From Octopus vulgaris (taxonomy: Eukaryota): 64,000 nt of DNA. The notes under the pieces were generated by a model that saw only the letters and a program-made list of their open reading frames with translations, had not been told where the DNA came from and made no database searches. The stretch spans positions 36,146,001 through 36,210,000 of the forward strand of contig OX597826.1 in assembly GCA_951406725.2 (NCBI GenBank), given 5' to 3'. The position numbers were made by a program, and so were the translations under genes. Below are positions 39,120 to 51,911 of the stretch, piece after piece (positions within the stretch are counted from its first letter, which is position 1; every line of letters starts with the position of its first letter).

Positions 39120-39601
39120 ACCTCTCTCTCTCCCTCCCTCTCTCTCTTTTTCTTTCTCTCTACTTCTCTCTCCCTCTCTCTTTCTCTCTCACCCTCTCTC
39201 TTTCTCTCTCTCCCTCTCTCTTTCTCTCTCTCCCTCTCTCTTTCTCTCTCTTCCTCTCTATTTGTCTCTCTCCCTCTCTCTCTTTGTTTCCCACCCTCTT
39301 TCTTTCTTTCCCTTTACTTCTCTCTCTCCCTCTTTTTCTTTCTCTCTCCCTCTCTTTCTTTCTCTATCCCTCTCTTTCTTTCTCTCTCCCTCTCTCTTTC
39401 TCTTTCTCCCCCTCCCTCTCTCTCTTTGTCTCTCCCTCTCTCCCTCTCTCTCTCTTTGTTTCTCCCTCTCTCTTTGTCTCTCTCCCACTCTCTATTTGTC
39501 TCTCCTTCTCTTTCTCTCTCCCTCCCTCTCTCTCTTTGTCTCTCTCCCTCTCTCTCTCTTTCTCTCCCTCTCTCTCTCTTTCTCTCCTTCTCTCTCCCTT
39601 T
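39120..39601. repeat. ~480-bp polypyrimidine (CT-rich) tract
   Basis: Almost purely C/T on the + strand. Confidence 0.95.
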
Positions 39602-39982
39602 AGCTGACACATACTCAACGTTCAACTGGGTGAAAGGACCAAGATGGCATTTACATTGCTCTCAAGAACATAGGCATCCAAATCAATTAGCAAACACTCA
39701 CTACAAGCTACAAGGCCATACTCGCTTGCAAGTGATGGCTAAGCTATTTTGTTTCATAAAATTTGTGGCTGGAGTCTTTATGATGGAACCTGGAGAAAAC
39801 ATTAAACTATGGAAATATATGTTCACAATGGACCATTGTAGAAAGAAGGTGTCTCTCTCCATTGCTAAAACTATCACCTACTCCGCCAACCAAATAATTC
39901 AGTGAATTTACTAGAATTTATGAGTGTATAATCAATACTGGTATTCAGGAACTAGCAGACAATGAGTGTGTAGGAGTGTGTA

Positions 39983-40027
<45 letters not shown>

Positions 40028-40152
40028 TTGTGTGTTTGTGTGTGTGTGCATGTGTGTGTGTGTGTCTACATGTTTCACAATATGATTTTCACTTTCACTT
40101 TTACATGTAAAGTGCATGTATGTGTGTGTGTGTATATATATATATATACATG

Positions 40153-40194
<42 letters not shown>

Positions 40195-40261
40195 GATATA
40201 TATATGTTTGTATTTGCATATAAACCATACATGTATGTATGAATGTATTTATGTGTGTGTG

Positions 40262-40305
<44 letters not shown>

Positions 40306-40833
40306 CGTATTTATGTATGCATGCAAATATATATATATATAATATACATATATGCGTATGCAGATAAATATACACATATACATATGCGTGTATCTGTATA
40401 TGTATGTGTGTGTATATGTGTATATATATAAATGTGTTTGTGTGCTGTTTGTGTGTGTGTGTGTGTGCACACACACAGATATGTGTGTGTGAAATATGTA
40501 TTGTTCGTTATTGTTGAAGCTGTTAATTAGCGAGGTAAATATTGTCCCATAGCCAACCCACAACAATACAAACAGCAAAGCCTGAGAATAGAATAAGACT
40601 ATCTAATGGTGTAATGTATGTAGAAGAATGCTTTATCGACACACACAGCTATATATACACACCACTATATAGAGCACCCTAGAGATATAAATCACCGCAA
40701 AATGGACATTAATTCTACACACATTGTATACACAGTCTTATTGTTAATCTCTTTATTGGTTTCGGCATGCAAGGAAAATTTCTTTATCTTATCATCTTGC
40801 AGGTTACTTACTGAATCAGACACACACTCACGT

Positions 40834-40969
<136 letters not shown>

Positions 40970-41224
40970 GTATATATATATATATATATATACACACATT
41001 TGAATATGTATAGATAGGTATGTGTTCTGTGTGTGGGTGGGTGTGTGTATATGTGTGAGTGTGTGTAATGTGTATGAGAAAGGGAGGTGGGGGAGTGAGA
41101 GAGAGAGACAATTGTGTGTGTTAACATGTGTAACATTGTACATCTTTGCAGATGCGTATGTATGCAGGTAGACTTAGGTATGTATATGCACGTGTACATA
41201 GGTATTGCCTTTGGGTGTCTGTAC

Positions 41225-41590
41225 GTTTGTAGCTTTTCTAGCTCTTCAGTTGTTTCAGTAATTGGACTGTGGTCATGCTGGAGCACTGTCATGAACAGTT
41301 TAATCAAGCAAACCAACCTTTAGCTTAGTACATCTTTTATCAGTTTTTTTTGTTGAACTGCTAAGTTATGGTAGCATAAAGAAACCAACACCAGCTGTCA
41401 AGCAGTGGCAGGGGGACAAGGACAAACACAGACACTCAAACACATACACACACATATATATGACAGGCTTCATTCAGTTTCCATCTACCAAATCCATTCA
41501 CAAAGCTTTGGTTGGCTTGGGGCAACCAAGGTGCCACACAGAGGAACTAGACCCATAGTTTGCTTCCCAACCCATGTGATATATGCTTCC
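41225..41590 (-). mobile_element. SINE family K, degenerate
   Basis: Aligns to 49477-49884. Confidence 0.7.
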
Positions 41591-41754
41591 TTATCACAGC
41601 CATACCTGTATCTCTGTATATAATAACAACAATAGTAATTATTATCCTCATCCTCCTCCACCTCATCCTCATCATATAAAGCGCTATGAATACTACTTTC
41701 GTCCTTCACTAAGCACTAAAGTTAACTTCAAAATTACCAAATTCTTCAAAGCTG

Positions 41755-42137
41755 ATCTTTTATTTGTTTTGGTCATTAGACTGCAACCATGCTGGATCAC
41801 TGCTTTGAAGAATTCTTAGATGATCGAATCTGTCCCAGGATTTATTTTCCTTATGCCTGATACTTATTCTATTGGTTTCATTTGCTGATCTACTAAGTTA
41901 TGGAAGTAGAAACACACCAATACCATTTGTCAAGTGGCAGTGGGGGACAAAAACAAATACAAAGACACATCTACTTAGAGATATGTGCAACAGGCTTCTT
42001 TGAGTTTCCTTTTACCAAATCCACACCCAAGGCTTTAAATGACCCAAAGCTATAGAAGACACTTGCCCAAAGTGCCACGTGGTGGGACTGAACCCAGAAC
42101 TATGTAGCTAGAAGCAAACTTCTTACCATACAGCCAG
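41755..42137 (-). mobile_element. SINE family K
   Basis: Aligns to 49477-49884. Confidence 0.75.
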
Positions 42138-42234
42138 AAAAGAATTCAAGAATGGTAAAAAAAATTACAAAGCAATGAATGAGAGAACACAATAAATGGA
42201 TTTTAGTTTTGCACTTTAAGGAAGAAATAGAGAG

Positions 42235-42304
42235 AGCATAGGGCATAGTGGTTAAGAGTGTAGGCTACTGACCCCAAGATTCCGAGTTTGATTCCAGGCA
42301 GTGA

Positions 42305-42370
<66 letters not shown>

Positions 42371-42553
42371 CAACATCGAAAAATAGCTTAGGAATGAGAA
42401 CCCAGGTCTGAAATTTCCTCCAAACACCTGATGAAGGCTGGAAGGTCTATCAGCTGAAACATTGTGTTAACAACAAACAAGATGAGGACAAATATCTGTC
42501 AAATGTAAATAATGTAAATAATGTACATAATAACTCATCTCTGAAATATAGAG
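42235..42553 (+). mobile_element. Solo tRNA-head/(AAT)n/HHR element (copy E), SINE-like insertion
   Basis: Perfect 39-bp direct repeat at 42196-42234 and 42554-42592. The element begins at the tRNA-like 5' end. Confidence 0.9.
42423..42468 (+). ncRNA. Minimal type-I hammerhead motif (near intact)
   Basis: AACAC-CUGAUGA-A-GGCUG...CAGCU-GAAA-CAUU^GUGUU; the helix III palindrome is broken (ACAU instead of ACGU). Confidence 0.75.
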
Positions 42554-43469
42554 ATGGATTTTAGTTTTGCACTTTAAGGAAGAAATAGAGAGTGAGGGAG
42601 AGGGGGGGTGGAAGAGAGAGCAGGAGAGGGAGCTTGCGAGTTTGGTCTTTTGGAGAGTGATTCTGCAATGGGAATGGTAGGAGGGAAAAAGAGAAAAGCG
42701 TGTATTTATTTATTTATTTACAAGGAGAAGAGAAAATTGCAATGTTTTCTGTAAATCTTTGATTGGTGAAATAAACATCAGAGATGCTTTGACCCCAGCA
42801 GAATCTGCAGGAGATATGCAAAGGTTTTTCAAGCCCTCTTTCTTAATCCATTGCAATGCTGGAAACCCTTCTGTCATGTCAGCAGGAATCTTTAGAAATT
42901 CATCTATGAAATAATTGTTGCAAACACAGACAAGTACTATTTTCTTTGAATTCTTGCTTTTAGTTTATAGTTGAAAGGTTTGATCCAAGAATATTCCTGG
43001 GGCTTAGTTTCTTGACCATGGAGGGATTTCAAAAGCTAAGACAAACTCAACTGACTTTGAACTGTGTCAAAGAGAGATGAACTTCAAATACTATACAAAT
43101 ATTTAATCTAGAGTTCAGTGAATTTGCAGTGTTGTTCATGTGTTGGATTGAATGTTTTATGGTATCTGTTATGACTCAGAACACTCTGAGTTCAAATCCC
43201 ACCAAGGTCAACTTTGCCTTCGATTTTCTTTGAAATTCATAAATATAATACCAATTCCAGATGATGCATTGGCAGAATTGCTAGAGTGCCATATGAGATG
43301 CTTTGTGGTAACTCTTCTGACTTTTGATCAAAAGATCACAAATTCCATCAAGACTCCAATAGCTAGAACTAATTGCTTGAGTGTCAGACCAACCTGTTCA
43401 AGCCATATTTGGCCAGAATAGATAGCCAGGTCTATAATCAGCATAGAAAAAGCCAGGACAGAAAAAGAA

Positions 43470-43676
43470 TCACCACCACCACCACCACTACCACCATCAT
43501 CATAATTTAACATCTATTGTCCATGCTGGCATGGGTTGGACAGTTTGACAGGAGCTGGCAAGCCAGAGGGCTGCACCAGGGCCCAGTTTGTTTTGACATG
43601 GTTTCTACAACTGCATGCCCTCCGTAATACCAACCACTTTATAGAGCGTTCAGGGCGCTTTTTTACATGGCACCAG
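43470..43676 (-). mobile_element. RTE-like LINE 3' end
   Basis: CCATGCTGGCATGGGTTGGACAGTTTGAC block next to (CAT/CAC)n. Confidence 0.75.
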
Positions 43677-44334
43677 GAATTAAATCATTTCTTCCAATAC
43701 CAAATTCTTGCTCATGTTTTTTTTTCTTTCCCCCCCATTATGTGAGTTTCTATGCCCTGATATTAGAGTCTTTCCTATATTCAATTATATGATGAAAGCT
43801 TATAATTCTATTTACAAAATATTGATCTGACCTTTACCCTAGTTAATCACAGTTGTTAAATAACCAATCACTTAACAGTAACAAATTAAAAGCACCCTGA
43901 ATCGTTGCCTTTTTAGCAGTAGCATTTGTTCCCCTCTGCTCCTGTAAAACAGTCATACATCAACTGGCATCCTTAAAGTGGTAATTTCACATACTTCCTA
44001 TTCACGAAACTCGGTTCTAGATCTATTACACAGCATTGTCAAAGTAAATTATGTAAATTTCCCTCTAGCCCGAGATAAATTTTATTGACTAAATTGACAT
44101 CTGTTTTCTATTTATTATTGATTATATATTAGTTTTTATGTTGAGTGGGTCGGTGAGGGTTGGTATTAGGGTGTGGGTAAGGGGAGATAGAGTTTTTGTT
44201 TTTGTTTATTCATTTTTGCTGTTTCGTTTTAATTTTGTTTTTTTAATTCTTTTTTGAATACATAAAATTTATGGCTGTGTAACCAGATGTATTCAGTCAG
44301 TTTGACTTTGTTGCTTATCATTTTTACCAAATTC

Positions 44335-44372
<38 letters not shown>

Positions 44373-44384
44373 TGCACATTCACT

Positions 44385-44421
<37 letters not shown>

Positions 44422-44819
44422 GCACTTATACACACACTCTTGCTGTCTCTCTGACATACACATATAGAGCTCTTCTCTCTCTCTCTCATACTCAGAGATA
44501 CCCTCTATATCTTTTTATCTCTCTCCTTCACTCTCTTTCTATAACATCTGCCTCTCTTTTTCTCCAATAATATGATTAAATTATCGATTTTTCTCCTATA
44601 TTTGTTTTAAAACTAGCTATCGAATAAACAAGCAATGAAAGTGGTAAAAAGTATTCACAGATCATCTTTTATTCATATTTCACTTCATCATTAACTAATA
44701 TCCACTGTTTCTAAACTGTATGTATCTATGTCATATAAGAAATATATGTATGCATAAATATATACACACATACATACGTATATGTATATATATATGTGTA
44801 TGTACGTACCTGTGCGTAT

Positions 44820-44879
<60 letters not shown>

Positions 44880-45074
44880 CTGTGTGTGCATTCATACATA
44901 ATGTATGTAAGCATAGATTCTGCTTCTAAAAATCTTGATACTCTGATTTGTCTGTTAGTAATTCCTGTACTTATGATAAAAGGATATTGGATGGGAAAAT
45001 AATAATATATTATTTAATCTAAATCTCAACCTTGAACTGCAGTTCACTCAAACCAATCCTCTTTTATCCCCACA

Positions 45075-45474
45075 ACTCTTCCTCTTCCTCCTCCTCCACC
45101 CCATCTGCCTCTCCTTTTTCTTCTTCTTCCTCCTCTCCTTCCTCCTCCTCTTTTTCGTCATCCTTATCGTCATCATCATCGTCATCACCATCACCACAAC
45201 CACCACCACCATCATCATCATCATTTTCATGGCCATTATAAACATCATTATCGTTTGTCATTTTGATTAACATTTTTACCGAACTAGTTGTCTTGGACAC
45301 ATCTGGAATTCATCATCAATTCTCTGTTCTTCTAAATTCTATAAAATTGTCATCTGGAGTTTCACTATTCCCATATCTAACAAAAGCATTTTCACACAAA
45401 ATGACTTATTCTTGTTTTTCTCCCTGCACTCATTTTCTGCTAATTATACCTTTTGTTCATGCAGGTGCCACTGG

Positions 45475-45506
<32 letters not shown>

Positions 45507-46310
45507 TCATCCTCATCATCACTCTTAGCATCTTTGATGCCAGCATAACCATTATCCTCCTCCTCATCATTATCATAACCATCATCATTATTATCCTCAT
45601 CATTTTTGTTATCATCATTTTTGTCATCATGGAGATCATCATCGTTGTCATCGTCGTCATTGTCATCACCATTGCCATTGTTATTGTTGTCATCATCATC
45701 ATCATCATAACTATCATCATAAACCAACATTATCACTGGTCCCATCATCATTGTCATTTTCAACGTCCTTATCTTCCTCCTCCTTCTCACCATCATCATC
45801 ATCATCATCAATGGCAGTGGTGTTGCTCTTTTAATCATCATTTCTTGTCCACTTTCCATGCTGGCATGGGTTGGACAGGATTGATAGCCTCCTACATAGT
45901 TTGGAGGAGCACATCTCCTGTGGCCATGCTCTGATGCTCTTCCTAACAATAATCACTCTACAGATTGTACTGGATGCCTTTCACCATGGCGCCAGACACG
46001 GGAGAAGTTTTCTTCTCAGCAAAATCAAAAGTTTTTCTTGACTCTATTATTGTCTCTGCTTTTGACTTCTTCATTACAAACTGTCTCATACGTATTGTAT
46101 TGTGTGTGTGGGGGGTGTTGAAAATAATGATGATAAATGATGATGATGATGATGAGGACGATGATGATGACGACGACGACGGCGACGATGATGATGATGA
46201 TGATCATTATGATGACGATGATGATGATTAAAATGATGACAATGATGATGATGACGATGATGACGACGACGACGACGATGATGATGATGATGTTGATGAC
46301 AACGACGACA

Positions 46311-46350
<40 letters not shown>

Positions 46351-46351
46351 C

Positions 46352-46383
<32 letters not shown>

Positions 46384-46435
46384 CGATGATGATGATGATG
46401 ACGATGATGACAACGAATATGATGATGATGCCACT
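45075..46435. repeat. Degenerate (TCC)/(CAT)n and (GAT/GAC)n trinucleotide region, with an RTE-like 3' end at ~45835-45995 (-)
   Basis: Directly visible. Confidence 0.85.
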
Positions 46436-47583
46436 GCCACCGACAACAAGGAGGAGGAGGGGGACAAAGAATGGAGCTGATTGATGAGGATTGTTTAACT
46501 TAATTGCCGTTTGAGGTTGAGATTTTGGATTGCAATCTTGAAATGCATTATTATTTTCACAGTGCTGTACCCTGCAATACCATAACTCCTCACTGCTTCA
46601 TGCCATCTCCTTTTGCTCTAAAACAAGATGTAAGGGTCATTAGGAGAGAGAGAGTACATAGCTTTTAATTTTACACTGAAAGGGCAAAAAAGCAGCCACC
46701 ATGCAGATCTATAATCAAGAATAATTTTCTGTATTTTTCTTTACTTTTCCAGATGTGATATATCCAAGAATTCCTTATTCAATAATGTGTTTTATAATTA
46801 AGATTGTAGATTGGGATTTCTGAGAGCCCCAGAAGCTATTTCTATCAACTTGAGACACCACATTGAACAGTTGCTTCTACCTACTGCATCATGGTACATT
46901 TATATGCTACATATGATCCATGTGGATACTGTAGATTTTTGAGTTTACTCAGAATATGATAGGTTATTTAGAATATTCCCTGGTTTCAATGTAACACGAC
47001 ACTGCATGTACAATCCTTTACTGCAAAGTGCATTGTTTGTACCATTCTTGCATTTAAAATGGAATTTTTTTTTATCATACAATAAAATATTTAAAATTCT
47101 GATGCTGTAGCATTTGGTATTTGGCATCTCATTATATACTGTGTATTGAGAAAGGTTGAAAATTGCAAGCAACAAGGCTTGCTAATATTCCATAGAGATG
47201 GTCAGACACTCCAGATAATATATTTTCACTCTCTTATAGAAATCAGTCTAAAGAAGTTAACTTTTACAGGTTCAGGCTTGGTTGTGTGGCTAAGAGGTTT
47301 GTTTTTTAACTATGTGGTTTTAGGTTTAATATCTCTGCACAACACTTTGAGCAAATGTTTTCTAATTTAAACCTTGGCTAACCAAAAACTTGTGAATATA
47401 TTTAGTTAATGAAAAATAAGAGCCCACCCACAAACACACACACATGCATGTGTATATGGCAAATATCCCATACCATTCTTTTTGACCTTTTCTGATGATT
47501 GCTGGAGTTTTCTCAACACCCAGTAGGAAACCAAATGGTAATATTGTTTTATTAATAATAATATACATCTCTCTCTTTCTCTT

Positions 47584-47620
<37 letters not shown>

Positions 47621-47622
47621 TT

Positions 47623-47890
47623 GCATTTTTGCTCCCTTACACAAAGTCACAATGTTGCTGTTGCCCCTTCTCCTGTCAATATGTCATTCACTCACTTTGT
47701 GTCTTTGAAGAAATCCCCTACTTGAAAAACATCCAAAGGTTACCACCAAGAAAGGCATTTTTGCTCCCTTACACAAAGTCACAATGTTGCTGTTGCCCCT
47801 TCTCCTGTCAATATGTCATTCACTCACTTTGTGTCTTTGAAGAAATCCCCTACTTGAAAAACATCCAAAGGTTACCACCAAGAAAGGCAT
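47623..47890. repeat. Perfect 132-bp tandem duplication
   Basis: 47623-47754 equals 47755-47886, with GCAT at all three boundaries. Confidence 0.95.
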
Positions 47891-48038
47891 CAAACAGTCC
47901 AACAGTGCCTCAATATCCTATTCAAGTAACCTACGCCAGCATGCAAAAGCAGATATATATATAAAAACAAACGAACAGGTGAAAGTGATATTCCATCATT
48001 TTGGTGATCCTTTTGGTAATATTTCCTGCAAACATACC

Positions 48039-48107
<69 letters not shown>

Positions 48108-48765
48108 ATCCATTCAAGTAATTTCTTCTTCTTACCTTACCATTATACCATTTCACGTCATCATTTTATTTTCCCATTCACTCTGCCTAGTTACAACTAT
48201 GGGACTCACATTTGCAGGACAGTGTAAACAAAAGAGTCTGTCAAGTGAGTTGATTTCTTACATTGTTCTAAATTCTGAAATTCTTCATAACACCTGCTTC
48301 TTGTTCAATATTACAAACGAAATTTTAAAACAAGTAGAGATATCTATACACCTGTAATAGAAGAACTTTACAAGGACCTTTATAAGATGACACTGAAGAA
48401 ATTACTCTTTTAGAAGAAGCAAATAGTTTCTCCCACAAACGTCCTCTCATTAACCAATATTCTTTCCACACAAAAGGATCTCCATCTTAGTCTTAACAAA
48501 CCATTTCCAATATTGTTTGTTCCACATTCTGCGGAATTAGGAGAGAGAAGTAGCAGAAATGATGGTGTTAAAAACATTAAGGGTTTTAGATACATACCTT
48601 TGAGTTAAGAATTCAATTCACATAGAATGTCATTTTATTTCTGAATCCTTTATGTTTGATAAAAACAAGTACCAGTAATATTCACGGGCTGATCAGGTGG
48701 TTATAATTTCCTAATACTAATTTCTGGTCTTGTGATTAAATAAGAAATTATGGTGCCATGAAGTA

Positions 48766-48975
48766 CGAGGTGGGTGCTGAAAAGTTCCTGGTTTCAGGGG
48801 TAGTGTGAAAGGCCTGGTTGGGGGCCCAACATTCCGAGTTCAATTACAAGATTTAGAAGCACTGTCGCAATAAGTGTGTGACTCTGAGAGTGGAATATGT
48901 TGAATAAAATCGTAATTAACTGACCCTGCTCTATCTTCTTTTACCCAAAGCCAGGAACTTTTCAGCATCCCCTCG
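48766..48975 (+). mobile_element. Mariner-derived MITE (internal deletion derivative)
   Basis: TA flanks at 48764 and 48976. TIRs CGAGG..G.TGCTGAAAAGTTCCTGG. The interior retains a transposase C-terminus (NKCVTLRVEYVE*). Confidence 0.9.
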
Positions 48976-49353
48976 TAGTTACAAAATTCCTTGGTTAGCA
49001 AGGCAGCTGTTATATACAAGGACATTAATATACTGTAGCTGAATATGAGATCATTACATATTGTGTAGAATTGTTATATATGATACATAATTTACATTAT
49101 TTACATTTGACGGATATTTGTCCTCATCTTGTTTGTTGTTAACACGTTTCAGCTGATATACCCTTCAGCCTTCATCAGGTGTCTTAGGGAAATTTCTCAT
49201 TACTAAGGTATGCTTTGATGCTTTTACTATTAAGGTCACTGCCTGAAATTGAACTCAGAATCTTGGGGTTAGTAGCCTGCACTCTTAAACACTACACCAT
49301 ATGCCTGTGGGCAATTATGGAGTGAATTTTAGGGCTTATAAATCTAATATTTT

Positions 49354-50052
49354 TCAATCTTTCCTTAATACCAGTTCCCATATGCTGCTCGTATCTGTAC
49401 TCGGTCTGCTTAGAAGGTTGTTATGTCCTAGCATATGTGCTGCTTCTTTAAGTTTTCGTATTTTCCAGTGGTGTTCTTTACTCTTTACTCTCTTACTCTT
49501 TTACTTGTTTCAGTCATTTGACTGCGGCCATGCTGGAGCACCACCTTTAATCGAGCAACTCGACACCGGGACTTATTCTTTTGTAAGCCCAGTACTTATT
49601 CTATCGGTCTCTTTTGCTGAACCGCTAAGTAACGGGGACATAAACACACCAGCATCGGTTGTCAAGCAATGCTAGGGGGACAAACACAGACACACAAACA
49701 CACACACGCATATATATACATATATACGACGGGCTTCTTTCAGTTTCCGTCTACCAAATCCACTCACAAGGCTTTGGTCGGCCCGAGGCTATAGTAGAAG
49801 ACACTTGCCCAAGGTGCCACGCAGTGGGAATGAACCCGGAACCATGTGGTTGGTAAACAAGCTACTTACCACACAGCCACTCCTTATTTTAACTTCATCC
49901 CACGGGAGTGGTCTCCATTTTTCCATACATGATCAGCTAAACCCAATTTATCAATATCTCCTTGTGTCACAGATTTGCAATGTTCCTCTACCCTTATTTT
50001 TAGGGGGGGGGGGGGCGGCGGAAATTTTTCGCCTTTGTATAACCTACCACAG
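49354..50052 (-). pseudogene. PLE GIY-YIG endonuclease C-terminus, frameshifted and split by a SINE
   Basis: SCGRLYKGE..PLKIRVEEHCKSVTQGDIDKLGLADHVWKNGDH / PWDEVKI / [SINE 49477-49884] / KEHHWKIRKLKEAAHMLGHNNLLSRPSTDTSSIWELVLRKD* fits the Penelope EN pattern CG..YiGeT.r.Lk.R..EH...S.lA.H...H...W.......E..w..Rk.kEa. Confidence 0.85.
49477..49884 (-). mobile_element. SINE family K, best-preserved copy
   Basis: Minus strand AGGAGTGGCTGTGTGGTAAG...CCGGGTTCATTCCCAC...GACTGAAACAAGTAAAAGAG with a (TAAAGAG)-like tail; CpGs largely retained. Confidence 0.9.
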
Positions 50053-50202
50053 CTGATGAAGGCTGGAGGGTATATCAGCTGAAACATGTTAACAACAAAC
50101 AAGATGAGGACAAATATCCATCGAATGTAAATAATGTAAATAATGTAAATAATGTGCATGATTCCTCATCTCTTAAATATAGAACTATGTTATATATGAT
50201 AT

Positions 50203-50570
50203 TCTATCTTTTATCCTTTACTTGTTACAGTCATTAGATTGGGGCCATGCTGGGGCATCTTGTAGAACTTTAGTCAAATGAATCAACCCTAGTGCTTGTT
50301 TATTTTAAGCCTGATACTTATTCTATCAGTCTCTTTTGCAGAACCGGGGATGTAAAAATACCAACACCGGTTGTCAAGCAGTGGCGGGGCCCAAATATAG
50401 ACACAAAATCACACACGCATACATAGATATACAAAAATATATGATGGACATCTTTCAGTTTCTGTCTTCCAAATCCACTCAGAAGGCTTTGGTTGCCCCA
50501 AAACTGTAGCATAAGACACTTGCCCAAGGTGCTACACAGTGGGACTGAACCTGGAACCATGTGGTTGAGA
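50203..50570 (-). mobile_element. SINE family K
   Basis: Aligns to 49477-49884. Confidence 0.8.
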
Positions 50571-50793
50571 ATTGCTATCTCGGCACAATAGGAACTTAAC
50601 GTGTAGGGAGTTAAAACAAACATGATAAGGCACCCTGTTTGAATGGTAACCTTTCTACCATATGGATGTCCTTCTTTGCTAAAATGCAATTTTAGTGTAA
50701 TTTATTTGCTATTTCTAGCAAGTCAAGTAACAATAATGATCTTGTGGTTATGATGTTGCTATTATAATTACAATTGTTGTTGCCATGGAAATA

Positions 50794-51186
50794 TTACGAA
50801 ACTGATACATTCAGAGACTTTAGACTTTGTGTCGAGGTAGGATTAGCTTCTCTTGTTGTAGCTGTTGATGTTGTTGCTGTTGTTGTTGATGCCTCTTTTG
50901 TTGCTGTTATCGTGGGCATAACATTATTTTGTTGTTGTTTTGTTGTTGCAGCTATTGTTGTTGTTGTTGATTTTGTTATTATTATTGTTGTTGTTGTTGT
51001 TTTTGTTGTCGCTGTTGTTGTTGGTGGTGTTGTTGTTGTTGTTGTTGCTGTGGCTACTGTTGCAGTTGTTACTTCTAATGTTATGATATCACCATTTTGC
51101 TTGCTGTTCCTATGTTTTGTTGTTCTGCTCTTTGGAATGTTCGGTGCTGGTGGTGTGACTCTTCCTCCGACTCCTAATGGCACCAT
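50794..51186 (-). other. Possible Thr-rich (mucin-like) coding exon, or a decayed (ACA)n repeat
   Basis: Open frame MVPLGVGGRVTPPAPNIPKSRTTKHRNSKQNGDIITLEVTT...REANPTSTQSLKSLNVSVS with non-repetitive flanks; no convincing splice pair and no recognisable homology. Confidence 0.25.
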
Positions 51187-51489
51187 GATGGTTTCCAAGA
51201 ATTAATAATAGACTAAATTGAAATGTTAACATTTCAAAACCTGCACCATTTTTCATGGCATGGAATTTATTAAACTGAAGCCAAATGTATGAAAAATTCA
51301 TTTTTTTCCTCTTCATTTAACCGATTCCTGTGTACACAATGATATTGTCTGATGGAGGTGTGTGCAATTACAGCAGACACATTTGTGGGTGTATATGAAG
51401 GAGTGGGTGTACATAAATGTGTGCATGCTTACAGTGGACATGTGTGTGTGCGTGTGCGTGCATGCTTGTGTGTGTGTCTATATAAATAA

Positions 51490-51698
<209 letters not shown>

Positions 51699-51911
51699 CA
51701 TATATGTAAAAGGGATAAGTTATGCTGACAGATATATGAATATATATATTTATATATATATATAAATGTGTGTGTGTGTGTGTTATTGCAGGAAACAGAA
51801 CTTGTACAGGTATAATCATATTTGTCTCTGCACATCACATTGTAAATTTCAGCTCTCTGCTAGTATTCGTTTGTCTTTTACTGATGCTGAAGTGAACTAA
51901 AGTGTTATATA

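Larger units (their letters stand above)
49086..50187. mobile_element. 5'-truncated Penelope-like element (-, 50052-49086) with an inverted terminal copy (+, 50052-50187)
   Basis: 14-bp TSD TGTTATATATGATA at 49072-49085 and 50188-50201. Minus strand order: GIY-YIG remnant, tRNA-like cassette, HHR. Confidence 0.88.

Noticed and set aside
39024-39905. Longest ORF (293 aa) and the AG at 39602-39603 after a long pyrimidine tract
   Set aside because: More than half is CT repeat. The remaining ~100 codons resemble nothing I recognise and have no supporting gene structure.
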